Of a stretch of DNA of 64,000 bases, positions 18,843 to 28,082 are shown piece by piece; the first letter of the stretch is position 1; the number at the start of each line of letters is the position of its first letter. Made by a program: the position numbers and the translations under genes. Under the pieces are notes generated by a model. That model was not told where the DNA came from and did not search any database. It saw only the letters and a program-made list of their open reading frames with translations. The stretch comes from an uncultured Rickettsiales bacterium. Its GTDB lineage: Bacteria > Pseudomonadota > Alphaproteobacteria > Rickettsiales > UBA8987. The DNA lies in NCBI GenBank assembly GCA_964445765.1, contig CAYULD010000003.1, forward strand, positions 76,571 through 140,570, read 5' to 3'.

Positions 18843-19820
18843 CTAAATCAAATTCAATATTTCATTAGCTTTAGATTTTTCATTAACAATTTCATAAATT
18901 TTTTGGCATAAATCTAGTTTAATATTTTTATGATTACATAAATCATAAACTGATTTTGCGGTGGCTACACCTTCCACCACTTGTGGTTTATTTTGAGTAA
19001 GCTCATTAGGGGTTTTACCAATTCCTAAGCCATAACCAAATGAAAAATTACGAGATTTTTCACTATTACAAGTAAGAACTAAATCACCAATTCCGCAGGG
19101 TTCAAGCATAGTTTTTCTTCTACCACCTAAATATAATGCAAGCTGTGCAATTTCCTTTGCACCTTGCGTGATAGCTGAAGCCTTGGTATTTTCACCGCAA
19201 CCAAGACCTTTTACTATACCGCAAGCAATTGCGATAACATTTTTTAGTGAGCCACAAAGTTGTGTGCCAACAACATCTTTATTAATTCTAACTTTGAAAG
19301 TTGGAATTTCAATTTCTTGCATAATTTCTTTAGCAAGTAATTCATCTTTACAAGCGAGGCTAAGAGTTGAATAATCACCCACTGCAACCTCTTCAGCAAA
19401 AGAGGGGCCACTTAATATTGAATAATTTTTAGAAGAGGTTACTTCTTCAAAAATTTCCCCCATTAATTTTAGAGTATTATTTTCAATACCTTTGCTACAA
19501 ATTATAAAATGAGGAAATTTTTTTAGAGAATTACCATTAAATATATTCAAAAATTCATTTAATTGACTTCTAAAAAATTGAGAGGGCGTAACATTTAGAA
19601 TATAATCTGAATCAATAATATCCGCTAAATTATTGGTGGCTATTACATTCTTTTCTAGTTTAATATCAGGTAGGAAAATTTTATTTTCATTACTATTATT
19701 AATGCTTTCTGAAACCTCTTTTTCTCTTGCGAAAAGTATAATTTTTCTATTCTTTTTAGCGAGCATATTTGCAAGAGCTGTTCCCCAAGCACCACCGCCA
19801 ATTACTGAAAATTTTTTCAT
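18843..19820 (-). CDS. gpsA: NAD(P)H-dependent glycerol-3-phosphate dehydrogenase
   Basis: VIGGGAWGTALANMLA, GSLKNVIAIACG, 325 aa. Confidence 0.92.
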   Translation of the reverse strand: MKKFSVIGGGAWGTALANMLAKKNRKIILFAREKEVSESINNSNENKIFLPDIKLEKNVIATNNLADIIDSDYILNVTPSQFFRSQLNEFLNIFNGNSLKKFPHFIICSKGIENNTLKLMGEIFEEVTSSKNYSILSGPSFAEEVAVGDYSTLSLACKDELLAKEIMQEIEIPTFKVRINKDVVGTQLCGSLKNVIAIACGIVKGLGCGENTKASAITQGAKEIAQLALYLGGRRKTMLEPCGIGDLVLTCNSEKSRNFSFGYGLGIGKTPNELTQNKPQVVEGVATAKSVYDLCNHKNIKLDLCQKIYEIVNEKSKANEILNLI

Positions 19821-19882
19821 AATGTATAATTTTTTTTCGTAAGCAATATTAGTAAATTAATTATAATAAAATATAAATAGAT

Positions 19883-20383
19883 TTATTTATCAATATCAAT
19901 TTCTGGGGGGTTGAGAGTTAGAAAGCCTTTTTCAACATCAATTTCAGGAAATGTAATTTTAGTAAAAGCGAATAATTCTATTTCATTATTATTGAATTTT
20001 ATTTCAATTATATCATTTGAGCCATTACTAATTACATTTGTAACTATGCCAATTTCTGATTTATTTTTATCTAAAACTTTAAGATTTTTTAGATCTTCAT
20101 AGTAAAAATAATTTTCTGATAGATTTGGCAAATCTTCCCTATTTATATAGAGTTCAAGGTTTTTTAATTCTTCTGCTTGATTACGATTTTTATTATTATT
20201 TATAAGCAAAACCGCTTGGTTTTTATATGATGATAAATATTTGAATATAATTTTATTGCCAGTTTTATCATATAAATTCTTAAAATTTTGAAAATTTTCC
20301 GGCATTTCTAGATAAGAAAAAACTTTTACAGCCCCTTTAATGCCGTGAGCTGAGATAATTTTACCTGCTAATGTCAATTTCAT
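19883..20383 (-). CDS. rimM: 16S rRNA processing protein RimM
   Basis: GKIISAHGIKGAVKV start, PRC-barrel C-terminus, located downstream of rpsP. Confidence 0.85.
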   Translation of the reverse strand: MKLTLAGKIISAHGIKGAVKVFSYLEMPENFQNFKNLYDKTGNKIIFKYLSSYKNQAVLLINNNKNRNQAEELKNLELYINREDLPNLSENYFYYEDLKNLKVLDKNKSEIGIVTNVISNGSNDIIEIKFNNNEIELFAFTKITFPEIDVEKGFLTLNPPEIDIDK

Positions 20384-20402
20384 ATTTTTATTATTTTGAA
20401 AT

Positions 20403-20426
20403 AAAAAAGCCCCTAAAAAGGGGCTT
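20403..20426 (-). terminator. Hairpin plus T-run between rpsP and rimM (intrinsic terminator or attenuator)
   Basis: The minus strand reads aagcccc-ttttt-aggggctt followed by ttttat. Confidence 0.55.
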
Positions 20427-20451
20427 AAATTTATATTTTACTAACTTGAAA

Positions 20452-20856
20452 TTAAGCAGCTTGTTCAGCATTTTTAGCTTCTTCTTCAGCTTTTGCTTTA
20501 GCCTCTTCCTCAGCTTTCTTCTTAGCTTCTGCAGCAAGCCTTGCTTGAACCGCTTTTATAGAAACATCCCTTCTTTTTAATACTTTAGTAATAGTAGTTG
20601 TTTTAGTTCCAACACCTGCTTTATTAAGTAAGATAGCAACTTTTTCAGATGGCTCAGCACCAGATTTAAGCCAAAATTCAATTCTATCATTTTTTAATTT
20701 AAGCCTGTTTGCATCATCTTTGCTTGCAACTGGGTTGAAATTGCCAAGTTTTTCAATGAATTTACCATCTCTTGCTGCTCTTTTATCAGCAACAACTATT
20801 CTGTAATAAGGCTTCTTTTTTGCACCAGCCCTTTGTAATCTAATTACTGTAGCCAT
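20452..20856 (-). CDS. rpsP: 30S ribosomal protein S16 with a Lys/Ala/Glu-rich C-terminal extension
   Basis: [31 protein letters not shown], 134 aa against about 80 aa for the core. Confidence 0.95.
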   Translation of the reverse strand: MATVIRLQRAGAKKKPYYRIVVADKRAARDGKFIEKLGNFNPVASKDDANRLKLKNDRIEFWLKSGAEPSEKVAILLNKAGVGTKTTTITKVLKRRDVSIKAVQARLAAEAKKKAEEEAKAKAEEEAKNAEQAA

Positions 20857-20980
20857 TTTATTATATAATTTTTAAGTTTGGAATGGGCTTTTAGCCTAAA
20901 TAGCCTGTAATGTCAAAGGAATTTTGATTTTGAGAAGCGAAAAGAATTAAAAGAGGTTATGTTTTTGATTTATAATGTTT

Positions 20981-21247
20981 TTACCAAATTTCAGCATCTT
21001 TGAAGATATAAAAAACTATTCTAAGAATAATAAATAAAGTTAAGAGGCAAAAGAATATAAAAAGTAAAATATTTTCAATTGGTATTTCACTTGCAAACTC
21101 ATAACAACCGAAAACCCCTTGTGAGCAAGCGTCAGATAACTCAGAAAAAAATTCAGAATCTTCAAAAGAGAAATCTAGGTAATCATAGTAAAAATCTTCC
21201 AAAGAGGCTATAAATTCTTCGTAATATTCATTTAATTGCTCAAGCAT
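20981..21247 (-). CDS. Small acidic protein with a C-terminal TM helix, unknown
   Basis: 88 aa. Asp/Glu/Phe/Tyr-rich N-terminal part, then LLFIFFCLLTLFIILRIVFYIF. Confidence 0.4.
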   Translation of the reverse strand: MLEQLNEYYEEFIASLEDFYYDYLDFSFEDSEFFSELSDACSQGVFGCYEFASEIPIENILLFIFFCLLTLFIILRIVFYIFKDAEIW

Positions 21248-21255
21248 AATGTTGA

Positions 21256-21438
21256 TTAATTATATTTATCTACAAACATTGCATAAAAGAATAACCAAAC
21301 TAGGTATAATGCACCAAAAATAACTAGCCCCAAAAAAATCTGAATGGGAAAAGGCTGTATTTCAAAAAAATATACGAAGCTATCCCAATCTTCAACTTTG
21401 GCTAATTGCTTAAAAAATATTGAAACTTTATCATCCAT
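21256..21438 (-). CDS. Small membrane protein, unknown
   Basis: 60 aa with one TM helix (IFLGLVIFGALYLVWLFFYAMF). Lies 10 nt downstream of glmU. Confidence 0.4.
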   Translation of the reverse strand: MDDKVSIFFKQLAKVEDWDSFVYFFEIQPFPIQIFLGLVIFGALYLVWLFFYAMFVDKYN

Positions 21439-21447
21439 AGATTCATT

Positions 21448-22755
21448 CTAACTTTTTTTATCTAAAAATTTAAGCTCTTTTTTATTAATGGTAGTTTTTT
21501 GGCTTGGAGCATCTTTGAAAAGTGTTGTTCCTGCACCAATAATTGCATCATCACCTATTTTTATAGGGGCAATTAATGATGAGTTTGAGCCAACAAAAAC
21601 ATTATTTCCAATTTCAGTATTAAATTTATTTTTTCCATCATAATTGCAAGTTATTGTGCCAGCACCAATATTAACATTATAGCCAAGTGATGCATCGCCA
21701 ATATATGAAAGGTGATTAACTTTTGAATTTTTACCAATTTTTGCATTTTTAAGCTCAACAAAATTGCCAATTTTAGCATTTTCAGAGATTATAGTTTTTG
21801 GTCTTATTCTAGCATAAGGGCCAATAACAACGCTTTCTGCTATTTCACAATCTTCTAAATGAGAAAAAGAATTGATAATTGAATTTTTACCAATTTTTAC
21901 TTTGCCCTTAAATACCACGAAAGGCTCAATAACAACACCTGCCTCAATTTCTGCTTCATCAGAAAAATAAACATTTGAGGGGTCAGTGATTATAACACCA
22001 TTATTTAGGTGCTTATTTCTAAGTTTTTCTTGAAAGATTTTTTCAGCATCCGCCCTTTCCTTTTGGCTGTTAATACCAATCACTTCATTTTCATTAGTAA
22101 TAACTAATTTTACATTAAGATTTTTACTTTTTGCAATTTTAATTGCATCAGTAAGATAATATTCCCCTTTAGAATTATTATTATTTATTTCAGAAATTAA
22201 TTGTTTGATATATTTTCCATTAAAAACCATTACGCCTGAATTGCATATATTAATTAATTTTTGAGAGGCGTTGGCTTCTTTTTCCTCAACAATTTCATCA
22301 ACTTCATTATTATCATTAGAAATTATTCTGCCATATCCGCTAGGGTTTTTTGCAACAAATCCTAAAACTGAGATGGCTGTATTATCATCAATTTCAGCAA
22401 GCATTTTATTTATGGTAGCTAATTCTATAAACGGCGTATCACCATATAATATTATTATATTTGAACTCTCTTCAATATAATCAAGTGCAAGCCTTACTGC
22501 GTGGCCTGTTCCTAACCTTTCTAATTGAATTATATTTTTTGATTGATATTTATTTAATATTGTTGATATTTCAGGGCTTAACTCAGATATAATAGTATAA
22601 ATTTCTGAGTTTAACTCTAGTGCGGTTTTTAGTGAGAATTCTATAAGTTTTCTGCCGTTTATAGAATGTAATATTTTGGGAATGTTATTATTCATTCTAG
22701 TGCCTTTTCCAGCACCGAGAATTAAACAAACATTTTTTTTGTTATTATATTTCAT
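21448..22755 (-). CDS. glmU: Bifunctional GlcNAc-1-P uridyltransferase / GlcN-1-P acetyltransferase
   Basis: LILGAGKGTRM, C-terminal hexapeptide repeats, 435 aa. Confidence 0.92.
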   Translation of the reverse strand: MKYNNKKNVCLILGAGKGTRMNNNIPKILHSINGRKLIEFSLKTALELNSEIYTIISELSPEISTILNKYQSKNIIQLERLGTGHAVRLALDYIEESSNIIILYGDTPFIELATINKMLAEIDDNTAISVLGFVAKNPSGYGRIISNDNNEVDEIVEEKEANASQKLINICNSGVMVFNGKYIKQLISEINNNNSKGEYYLTDAIKIAKSKNLNVKLVITNENEVIGINSQKERADAEKIFQEKLRNKHLNNGVIITDPSNVYFSDEAEIEAGVVIEPFVVFKGKVKIGKNSIINSFSHLEDCEIAESVVIGPYARIRPKTIISENAKIGNFVELKNAKIGKNSKVNHLSYIGDASLGYNVNIGAGTITCNYDGKNKFNTEIGNNVFVGSNSSLIAPIKIGDDAIIGAGTTLFKDAPSQKTTINKKELKFLDKKS

Positions 22756-22901
22756 ATAGTTTCTTAATTTATATATGTTGCATTCTATGCACAGTTAAAA
22801 GTTTTGAAAGGGGTTTTTATTAATAAATAGTAATTTTATAGTTGTTATATAAGAAAAGTTAATACTTAATCTAATGTAATATTTTGAATATGGAGAAAAA
22901 A

Positions 22902-23774
22902 ATGCAAAATAGTAAGTTAAAAGGCTTTACTTTGGTGGAGTTGGCGATTGTTTTGGTTATAGTAGGCTTGCTAGTTGGTGGTGTTTTACAGGGGCAAGAG
23001 CTTATTAAACAAGCACAAATTAGGTCTGTGGTAACACAAATTCAAAGTTTGGATACATCGCTTAACACATTTAGAGCTAAATATAGAGAATATCCGGGTG
23101 ATATTTCTCGTGCTAGACAATTTGGCATCAACTGCCCAAGAACTGGAGCTGCTTGCTCTACTTCAACTGATAATGTGGCCGCAACTGATTCTGATGGTGC
23201 GACAGACGGTGCTTTGGGTAATGGTGATGGTGATTTTAACCTAGAGGATAGTGATAATACGGCCACTGATGCAACAGCTTTTGGTAGTTTTTCAGGTGAG
23301 ATAGCCAATTTTTGGGTTCATTTGTCTAATACGCTTTTAGTTAAAGGTAATTATACGCAGTCAACAACGGCTTGTGCTGATGCGACATGTGTTGCTATCG
23401 CTGGTCAAACATTCCCTGATGCGTCAGTTGGTAATGGAATTGTTGCTTTGACGGAAGCGGGTAGAATGTTCTGGGTGGTAGGCGTTGCATCTACATTTGA
23501 TAATACTCTTAATGCTAATGCTGTAATTGGCTCAGCTGAAGGTACTGCAAATACCCCTTGGCAACAGACCTTATCGCCAGAAGAGGCTTATGGTTTAGAT
23601 TCTAAGCTTGATGATGGAATTCCTGCTACTGGAATTGTTAATATGGTTGCTTCTTATAACGGAACATTTACACTGGATGAAGCGGGTGCAGGTGAGTGCT
23701 CAGTAACAGCCGGCTCATATGCACTAGCGTTAGATACTAAAAATTGTGCTTTAAGAGTTAGGGCTTCAGGTTAA
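22902..23774 (+). CDS. Large type IV pilin/pseudopilin-like protein, paralog 1
   Basis: Leader MQNSKLKG then FTLVELAIVLVIVGLL (F+1, E+5). GGAGA lies 5 nt upstream of the ATG at 22902, which I prefer over the TTG at 22884. About 290 aa. Confidence 0.85.
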   Translation: MQNSKLKGFTLVELAIVLVIVGLLVGGVLQGQELIKQAQIRSVVTQIQSLDTSLNTFRAKYREYPGDISRARQFGINCPRTGAACSTSTDNVAATDSDGATDGALGNGDGDFNLEDSDNTATDATAFGSFSGEIANFWVHLSNTLLVKGNYTQSTTACADATCVAIAGQTFPDASVGNGIVALTEAGRMFWVVGVASTFDNTLNANAVIGSAEGTANTPWQQTLSPEEAYGLDSKLDDGIPATGIVNMVASYNGTFTLDEAGAGECSVTAGSYALALDTKNCALRVRASG

Positions 23775-23785
23775 AAAACATTGTG

Positions 23786-24664
23786 ATGAAAAATATAATT
23801 TATAAATCAAGTAAAAAATCAGGTTTTACATTAGTTGAGTTAGCTATAGTTTTGGTTATAGTTGGCTTGCTAGTTGGTGGCGTTTTGCAGGGGCAAGAAT
23901 TAATTGCTCAAGCTCAGATTAGGTCAGTTGTATCTCAAATTCAAAGTTTGGATACATCTCTTAACACATTTAGAGCTAAGTATAGAGAATATCCGGGGGA
24001 TATTAGCAGGGCTTCGGCTTTTGGTATTAACTGCCCAAGAACAGGTGCGGCTTGTTCTGGTGCAACAGACAATGTTGCGGATACTGATTCAGATGGCGGT
24101 GCTGATGGTGCTGATGGTGATGGTGATGGTGATTATAACTTGGAAGATTCTGATAACACAGTTGCAACAACTGCAGCATATAGTGCATTTGAAGGTGAGA
24201 TAGCAAATTTTTGGGTGCATTTATCAAATACACTTTTAGTAAAAGGTAATTTTACGCAAGTTGATGACTGTATAGATAGTGGAACAGCTTGTTTAGCCAC
24301 GGCTGGCGTAAACTTTACTGATGCTCCAATAGGTAACGGTATAATAGCATTAACAGAATTTGGAAGAATGTTTTGGGTATTAGGTGTGGGTAATCCTTCA
24401 GTTGATTTAGATGGTGGTGCTGCAGATGCAGATTCGCCTACAGCACAACAGCTAACACCTGAAGAGGCTTATGGTATAGATTCTAAAATAGACGATGGAA
24501 GGCCAGAAACAGGCATTTCTCAGGCTATATCAGCTTTTAATGCCACAGCTGGTGTGTTCACTTTAGATACAACGGGTGGCAATGGTTGCTTTACTGTTGC
24601 AGGTGCTTATGCATTGGCAACAAATGCTAAAAGATGTTCTATAAGAGTTAGAGCATCTGGTTAA
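23786..24664 (+). CDS. Large type IV pilin/pseudopilin-like protein, paralog 2
   Basis: Leader MKNIIYKSSKKSG then FTLVELAIVLVIVGLL. Collinear with paralogs 1 and 3 and shares the C-terminal C.IRVRASG. The start could instead be the GTG at 23783. Confidence 0.85.
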   Translation: MKNIIYKSSKKSGFTLVELAIVLVIVGLLVGGVLQGQELIAQAQIRSVVSQIQSLDTSLNTFRAKYREYPGDISRASAFGINCPRTGAACSGATDNVADTDSDGGADGADGDGDGDYNLEDSDNTVATTAAYSAFEGEIANFWVHLSNTLLVKGNFTQVDDCIDSGTACLATAGVNFTDAPIGNGIIALTEFGRMFWVLGVGNPSVDLDGGAADADSPTAQQLTPEEAYGIDSKIDDGRPETGISQAISAFNATAGVFTLDTTGGNGCFTVAGAYALATNAKRCSIRVRASG

Positions 24665-24691
24665 TTAGGTTAATCAAACCTTTGGAGTATA

Positions 24692-25546
24692 ATGGTAAAT
24701 ATTAATAAAAATAATAAAGCTTTCACGCTAATTGAGCTTGCGATAGTTTTAGTTATTGTTGGTTTATTGGTGGGTGGTGTTCTACAAGGTCAAGAGCTTA
24801 TCAAGCAATCACAAATTCGTTCTGTTGTTTCTCAGGTGCAAGAAATGGATACTGCAATTAACACATTTAGAGCAAAATATGCTCAATATCCGGGAGATAT
24901 AAGTGATGCATCTTCTTTTGGAATAAACTGCCCTAGGGGTGTTGTATGTGATGCTACAACTGATAATGTATCTGATGTTGTTGCAGCGGGAACAGATGGT
25001 GCAGATGGTGATGGTGATGGTGATTTTAATCTAGAAGACTATCACGCAGATGCTACAAATGCTACAGCTTTTGATACATTCGGTGGAGAGATAGCAAATT
25101 TTTGGGTTCACCTTTCAAATACTCTATTAGTTAGAGGTAATTATACTCAAACCGATGATTGCTCAACCGCTTGTGCGGCAGCAGTAGGGGTAAACTTTCC
25201 ATCATCACCACTTGGTAATGGTTTAATTGCATTAAGTGAGGCCGGAAGAGTTTTTTGGGTTATTGGAACTGGAACTAGCGTTGCAGATTTAGATGGAGGT
25301 GCAGGCGACGGAGATTCACCAACAGCTCAGCAACTAACGCCAGAAGAGGCATATGGTTTAGATTCAAAATTAGATGATGGTGCACCAGATAGTGGTATAG
25401 TTAGGGCTACTGCTGCATATAATACAGTAGTTGGATTTTTTACTGATGATACTACAGGTGGTAATGGTTGTTTCACTGCTGCGGGTGTATATGCACTAGC
25501 AACTGAAGCTAAGAGATGCACTATTAGGGTTAGAGCTTCAGGCTAA
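24692..25546 (+). CDS. Large type IV pilin/pseudopilin-like protein, paralog 3 (Ala at -1)
   Basis: Leader MVNINKNNKA then FTLIELAIVLVIVGLL. GGAG lies upstream of the ATG. Same C-terminal CTIRVRASG. Confidence 0.85.
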   Translation: MVNINKNNKAFTLIELAIVLVIVGLLVGGVLQGQELIKQSQIRSVVSQVQEMDTAINTFRAKYAQYPGDISDASSFGINCPRGVVCDATTDNVSDVVAAGTDGADGDGDGDFNLEDYHADATNATAFDTFGGEIANFWVHLSNTLLVRGNYTQTDDCSTACAAAVGVNFPSSPLGNGLIALSEAGRVFWVIGTGTSVADLDGGAGDGDSPTAQQLTPEEAYGLDSKLDDGAPDSGIVRATAAYNTVVGFFTDDTTGGNGCFTAAGVYALATEAKRCTIRVRASG

Positions 25547-25550
25547 AATC

Positions 25551-26906
25551 TTAATTGCTCTCTTTTTCATCAAATGGGTTTTTACTTCTTTTGAGGCTTA
25601 TTCTTATGGGGGTTCCGATTAATCCGAACTCTTTTTTGAAGCTATTAACTAAATATCTAATATAACTCTCAGGAAAGCCTTTAAGGTTCGTGCTACTAAA
25701 AATTACAATTTTTGGTGGCCTTGAAGAAACTTGCGTGGCATATTTAAGTTTAACCCTTCTTCCTGCACAAATTGGGGGCATATTAGCTTCTAAAGCTGCC
25801 TCAAGCCATTGATTAATTTTTGATGTTGAAATTTTCGCATTCCAATCTTCAAAAACCTTTATAACTTCTTTTAGTAATTTATTAATACCCTTATTTTCTA
25901 ATGCAGAAATGCAATAATAAGGAACATTTTTACCTTGATGAAAAGAAAAATCTAATAGTGATTCAATTTTATCTTTCATTTCTTTCTGTTGCTCACTATC
26001 TAGTTTATCCCACTTATTTAGGGCAATTATCAAGCCTTTACCTTCTTGAAAAATAAGATCAGCTAAGTGTAATTCTTGTTTATCAATTCCAGCTTCAGCA
26101 TCTACAACTAATACTGCTATATTGCAATTATTAAGCGTTTTTATAGTATCATCAACCGATAATTCTTCCTCAATTTCGCCGTTTTTATGTTTTTTACGAA
26201 TGCCTGCTGTATCATAAAGATAAATTTTTTCGCCCTCAAATTCACATTCTACAAAAACTGTATCTCTAGTAGTGCCGGCAATATTTGATATTATTGAGCG
26301 GTTTTCACCCAAAATTGCATTAAATAAAGTGGATTTACCAACATTAGGCCTGCCCAAGATAGCTAGTTTCAGAAGGGGTTTTTCATCTTCAATATCGGGT
26401 GAGATATCAAATTTTTCTGATTCTGCAATTTCTTCAATTCTCTCATAAAGCTCGCCCACGATTGCATGCTCTGCTGAGATAATTACTGGATCACCAAAAC
26501 CTAGAGAGTGAGCCTCAAAAATGCCGGGTGCACGATTTTCATTTTCACATTTATTAACAACAAGTAAAATTTTCTTCTTGGATTTTCTTAATTTTTGAGC
26601 AAAAAACTTATCTTTATCTAAAACGCCCGCCCTGCCATCTATTAAAAATAAAACTAAATCAGCCATTTCTATGGCTTTATCAGTTTGTGTCATCATTAAT
26701 TCTTCAATACTATCTTTTTTAGGAGTTTCTAGGCCAGCCGTATCAATAATTTCAAAATTGATGTCGTTATAATTAACTTTATAGCTTTTTCTATCTCTTG
26801 TAAGGCCGGGCTTATCGTGGGTTAGGGCAATTTTCTTACCAGCTAAACGATTAAATAAAGTGGATTTACCAACATTTGGCCTACCAATTATTGCAATTTT
26901 GAACAT
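25551..26906 (-). CDS. der: Ribosome-associated GTPase Der/EngA
   Basis: Two G domains (GRPNVGKSTLFN twice) and a KH-like C-terminus, 451 aa. Confidence 0.94.
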   Translation of the reverse strand: MFKIAIIGRPNVGKSTLFNRLAGKKIALTHDKPGLTRDRKSYKVNYNDINFEIIDTAGLETPKKDSIEELMMTQTDKAIEMADLVLFLIDGRAGVLDKDKFFAQKLRKSKKKILLVVNKCENENRAPGIFEAHSLGFGDPVIISAEHAIVGELYERIEEIAESEKFDISPDIEDEKPLLKLAILGRPNVGKSTLFNAILGENRSIISNIAGTTRDTVFVECEFEGEKIYLYDTAGIRKKHKNGEIEEELSVDDTIKTLNNCNIAVLVVDAEAGIDKQELHLADLIFQEGKGLIIALNKWDKLDSEQQKEMKDKIESLLDFSFHQGKNVPYYCISALENKGINKLLKEVIKVFEDWNAKISTSKINQWLEAALEANMPPICAGRRVKLKYATQVSSRPPKIVIFSSTNLKGFPESYIRYLVNSFKKEFGLIGTPIRISLKRSKNPFDEKESN

Positions 26907-26971
26907 CTATGATATACGCAGTTAAATTTTTACGATTTTACATTTTATATTAACCAATACAAGCCAAAAAA

Positions 26972-28076
26972 ATGAGACAAGAAGCCCTAGAAGCTATTAA
27001 AAATATTAAAAAATCATTTTCTGTAATTGCGAGGTGTCTTTGACAAAGTAAACCTTGAAAATAAACTTAAAAACCTTGAAGAAAAATCATCTGCAGAAGA
27101 TTTTTGGAATAATCAAAAAGAAGCACAATCCATTCTAAAAGAAAAATCCGCGATAGAAAATAAGCTAAATAGTTATAATAAAATTCTAACTGAATATGAA
27201 GATGCAGAAATATTAAGCCAGCTAGGTGTTGAAGCAAACGATAATTCTGTAATAGAAGAAGCTGAAAAATCTTTCATTGATCTTGAGAAAAAAATAAAAA
27301 AATTTGAGCTTGAAGCGCTTTTTACTGGTGAGGCAGATGCTAATAATGCTTTCTTAGAAGTTCATAGCGGTGCGGGCGGCACAGAAAGTTGTGATTGGGC
27401 AGAAATGTTGCTTAGAATGTATATTAGATGGGCTGAATCTAATAATTTCAAGGCAGAAATATTAGATGAGCTACAAGGCGAAGAAGCCGGAATAAAATCT
27501 GCAACTATTAGAATAATTGGTGAAAATGCTTATGGCTGGTTAAAAGGTGAAAATGGCGTGCATAGGCTGGTTAGAATTTCTCCGTTTGATGCAAACGCAA
27601 AAAGGCATACTTCTTTTGCTTCAATTACAATTTATCCAGAAGTTGATGATAATATTGATGTTAAAATTGAAGATAAAGATGTTAGAATTGATACTTTAAG
27701 AGCTTCAGGGGCAGGGGGGCAACATGTTAATAAAACTGAATCAGCAATTAGATTAACGCATATACCAACAAATATTGTTGTTTCTTGCCAAAATTCTAGA
27801 TCACAACATACAAACAAAGCTGAGGCTTTTAGAATTTTAAGGGCAAAATTATATGAGCTTGAGCTTAAAAAAAGGGAGGCGGAAAAGCAAATAGCAGAGG
27901 ATAATAAATCAGATAATAGTTGGGGTAACCAAATTAGATCATATGTTCTGCACCCTTATCAAATGGTAAAAGATTTAAGAACAGGTTTTGAAACATCTGA
28001 TACAAGTGGGGTTCTTGATGGTAAATTACAAGGTTTTATGAATTCTTGGCTTTCTGGAGAAAGAAGAGAAAATTAA
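26972..28076 (+). CDS. prfB: Peptide chain release factor 2 (requires a +1 programmed frameshift at 27038-27044)
   Basis: Frame 0 reads MRQEALEAIKNIKKSFSVIARCL then TGA at 27041. The +1 frame continues DKVNLENKL... into the SPF and GGQ motifs (RASGAGGQHVNKTESA). The ORF-track start at 27027 is an artefact of the frameshift. Confidence 0.9.
27031..27044 (+). promoter_or_regulatory. RF2 autoregulatory +1 frameshift site (SD-like GAGG, spacer, CTT TGA C)
   Basis: gaggtgtCTTTGAC is identical in its core to the canonical CUU UGA C site. Confidence 0.88.
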
Positions 28077-28082
28077 TTTTAT

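Noticed and set aside
22756-22901. Sigma-54 promoter (TGGCAC-N5-TTGC) upstream of the pilin array
   Set aside because: Only a weak tgcac...ttttg resemblance with wrong spacing; no supportable match.
27027-28076. ORF-track model of RF2 starting at 27027 (MRGVFDKV..)
   Set aside because: Replaced by the programmed-frameshift model starting at ATG 26972. The 27027 start is a non-ATG codon inside frame +1, upstream of the shift site.
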